Source: a bacterium
Lineage (GTDB): Bacteria > Patescibacteriota > Minisyncoccia > UBA10092
NCBI GenBank assembly: GCA_021790275.1
Contig: JAJYIB010000003.1
Span: 1-34,295, forward strand
DNA: 34,295 nucleotides
Direction of reading: 5' to 3'
The position numbers and the translations under genes were made by a program. Below the pieces are notes generated by a model. That model was not told the origin of the DNA. It saw only the letters and a program-made list of their open reading frames with translations, and made no database searches. Below, one piece after another: positions 33,072 to 34,295 of the stretch (its first letter is position 1; every line of letters starts with the position of its first letter).

Positions 33072-33512
33072 TTATTTTTCCGAAGAAATTTCTTCCGCCG
33101 ATTCGTTCTCTGTAATCTCGGGAGTTTTGACAGCCGGAGCGGCGACCGGAGCCACGGCTTCGGCAAGCTCCACCCGTTTCATCTTGGCTTGTTTACCGAT
33201 ACGATCGCGAAGATAATAAAGTTTGGCGCGGCGCACTTTCGCCTGCGACAAAATTTCGATTTTTTCTATAGCCGGTGTATGGAACGGAAAAATTCTTTCG
33301 ATACCGACTCCGCCCGAAACTTTGCGAACGGTAAAAGCGCCCGTTTTCCCGCGGCCGTGCTTGACGGCGATAACAATTCCTTCGAATGCCTGCAAGCGCT
33401 CTTTGTCGCCCTCCTTCACTTTTTGCCAGACGCGGATTTTCATCCCCGATCTTATTTCGGGAACGTCTTTTTTGAGATTATTATTGTCGAATGATTTTAT
33501 TTTATCGGTCAT
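33072..33512 (-). CDS. rplS: 50S ribosomal protein L19
   Basis: KEGDKERLQAFEGIVI, FTVRKVSGGVGIERIFP, KVRRAKLYYLR. Start moved to ATG 33512. Confidence 0.97.
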   Translation of the reverse strand: MTDKIKSFDNNNLKKDVPEIRSGMKIRVWQKVKEGDKERLQAFEGIVIAVKHGRGKTGAFTVRKVSGGVGIERIFPFHTPAIEKIEILSQAKVRRAKLYYLRDRIGKQAKMKRVELAEAVAPVAAPAVKTPEITENESAEEISSEK

Positions 33513-33587
33513 AAAAGTTAAAAATTTTCTCTCATAAAAACTGCATAACAAACTATCGGCTCGCAATTCAACTCGGCCATTATGCCA

Positions 33588-34295
33588 CTATTTTTCCAGT
33601 TCCGTCAACACTTTTTTCAAATCTTCCGGCAGGCCGGCTTCAAAAGCGAACGAGCGGCCGCCAAGGGAAAAGACCAGATAAAACGCATGAAGAAACTGAC
33701 GATGCAGACCTTGCGGAGCTTCCCGTCCTTTACCATAAACTTTATCGCCCGCCACCGGATGGCCAAGCGATGCCATCTGCACTCTTATCTGATGCATTCG
33801 GCCGGTTTTCGGAAAAACTTCCATTAAAGAATAGCTTTTGAATTTTTCAACGAGTTTGTATTCGGTAATCGCCAGTTTTCCTTTCATTTCTTTCGATTTT
33901 TGTTTTTCCGGCCGCGCGATGATTCTTTTGCGAAAATCTTTCGGCGATCTGATAATTTCTGAAATTATTTCTCCCGATTCCTTTTTCGGCCGCCCCCAAA
34001 CCAGCGCCAGATATTTTTTGACCACCCGCTTTTCCTGCCATTCTTTTTTTAAATTTTCGAAAGTTTTCTGGTTTTTGGCGACAACCATAAGACCGGATGT
34101 GTCCTTGTCGAGCCGATGCACGATGCCCGGACGAACCGGATCTTCGCCGACGTTTTTTATTTCCGGCCAGCGCGCGACAAGAGCGTTGACCAAAGTGTCG
34201 GCCGGCTCGTTTTCGGAAGGGTGAACCGAAATTCCCGGCTGTTTGTTTAAAACGACAATGTCGGCGTCTTCGTAAACAACGTCGAGCGGGATATT
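33588..34295 (-). CDS. RluA/RluD family pseudouridine synthase (5' part lies outside the window)
   Basis: VVYED..IVVLNKQPG, GIVHRLDKDTSG, TGRMHQIRV, GHPVAGD.VYG, LHA; frame is open to the window edge. Confidence 0.95.
   Translation of the reverse strand, partial: NIPLDVVYEDADIVVLNKQPGISVHPSENEPADTLVNALVARWPEIKNVGEDPVRPGIVHRLDKDTSGLMVVAKNQKTFENLKKEWQEKRVVKKYLALVWGRPKKESGEIISEIIRSPKDFRKRIIARPEKQKSKEMKGKLAITEYKLVEKFKSYSLMEVFPKTGRMHQIRVQMASLGHPVAGDKVYGKGREAPQGLHRQFLHAFYLVFSLGGRSFAFEAGLPEDLKKVLTELEK

Overview
This window looks like chromosome from a Patescibacteria (CPR, Parcubacteria-like) bacterium. That assignment is inferred from the VirB2/TrbC-like pilin cluster, DUF5673-like protein, CPR-type membrane GT2, SD-less AT-rich start regions on core genes and tRNA-Arg(GCG). 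It uses genetic code 11. Housekeeping genes are cfa, recG, tsaD, valS, murD, hppA, nusA, rplS, a partial RluA-family gene and five tRNAs. Interleaved with them are a MarR-led efflux operon with two adaptors, a coiled-coil/C39-like secreted protein, a sortase with a tandem-repeat substrate, a pilin operon including a pilin fused to an M15-like Zn peptidase, an extra sigma-70 factor and two AT-rich islets. One islet is an NDT-like gene after tRNA-Ser; the other holds a nuclease-like gene with an in-frame TGA, a KTSC gene and a NYN gene. The most notable non-coding patterns are: (1) a predicted ~55-nt small RNA with its own promoter and terminator converging on the NYN gene; (2) four stand-alone units sharing a promoter / boxA-like / strong SD / terminator layout; (3) recG and tsaD starting 1-3 nt after CCA-less tRNAs; (4) a dispersed 42-nt repeat at both ends of the window, one copy just 3' of a tRNA. 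All calls come from reading motifs by eye; no database searches were run.
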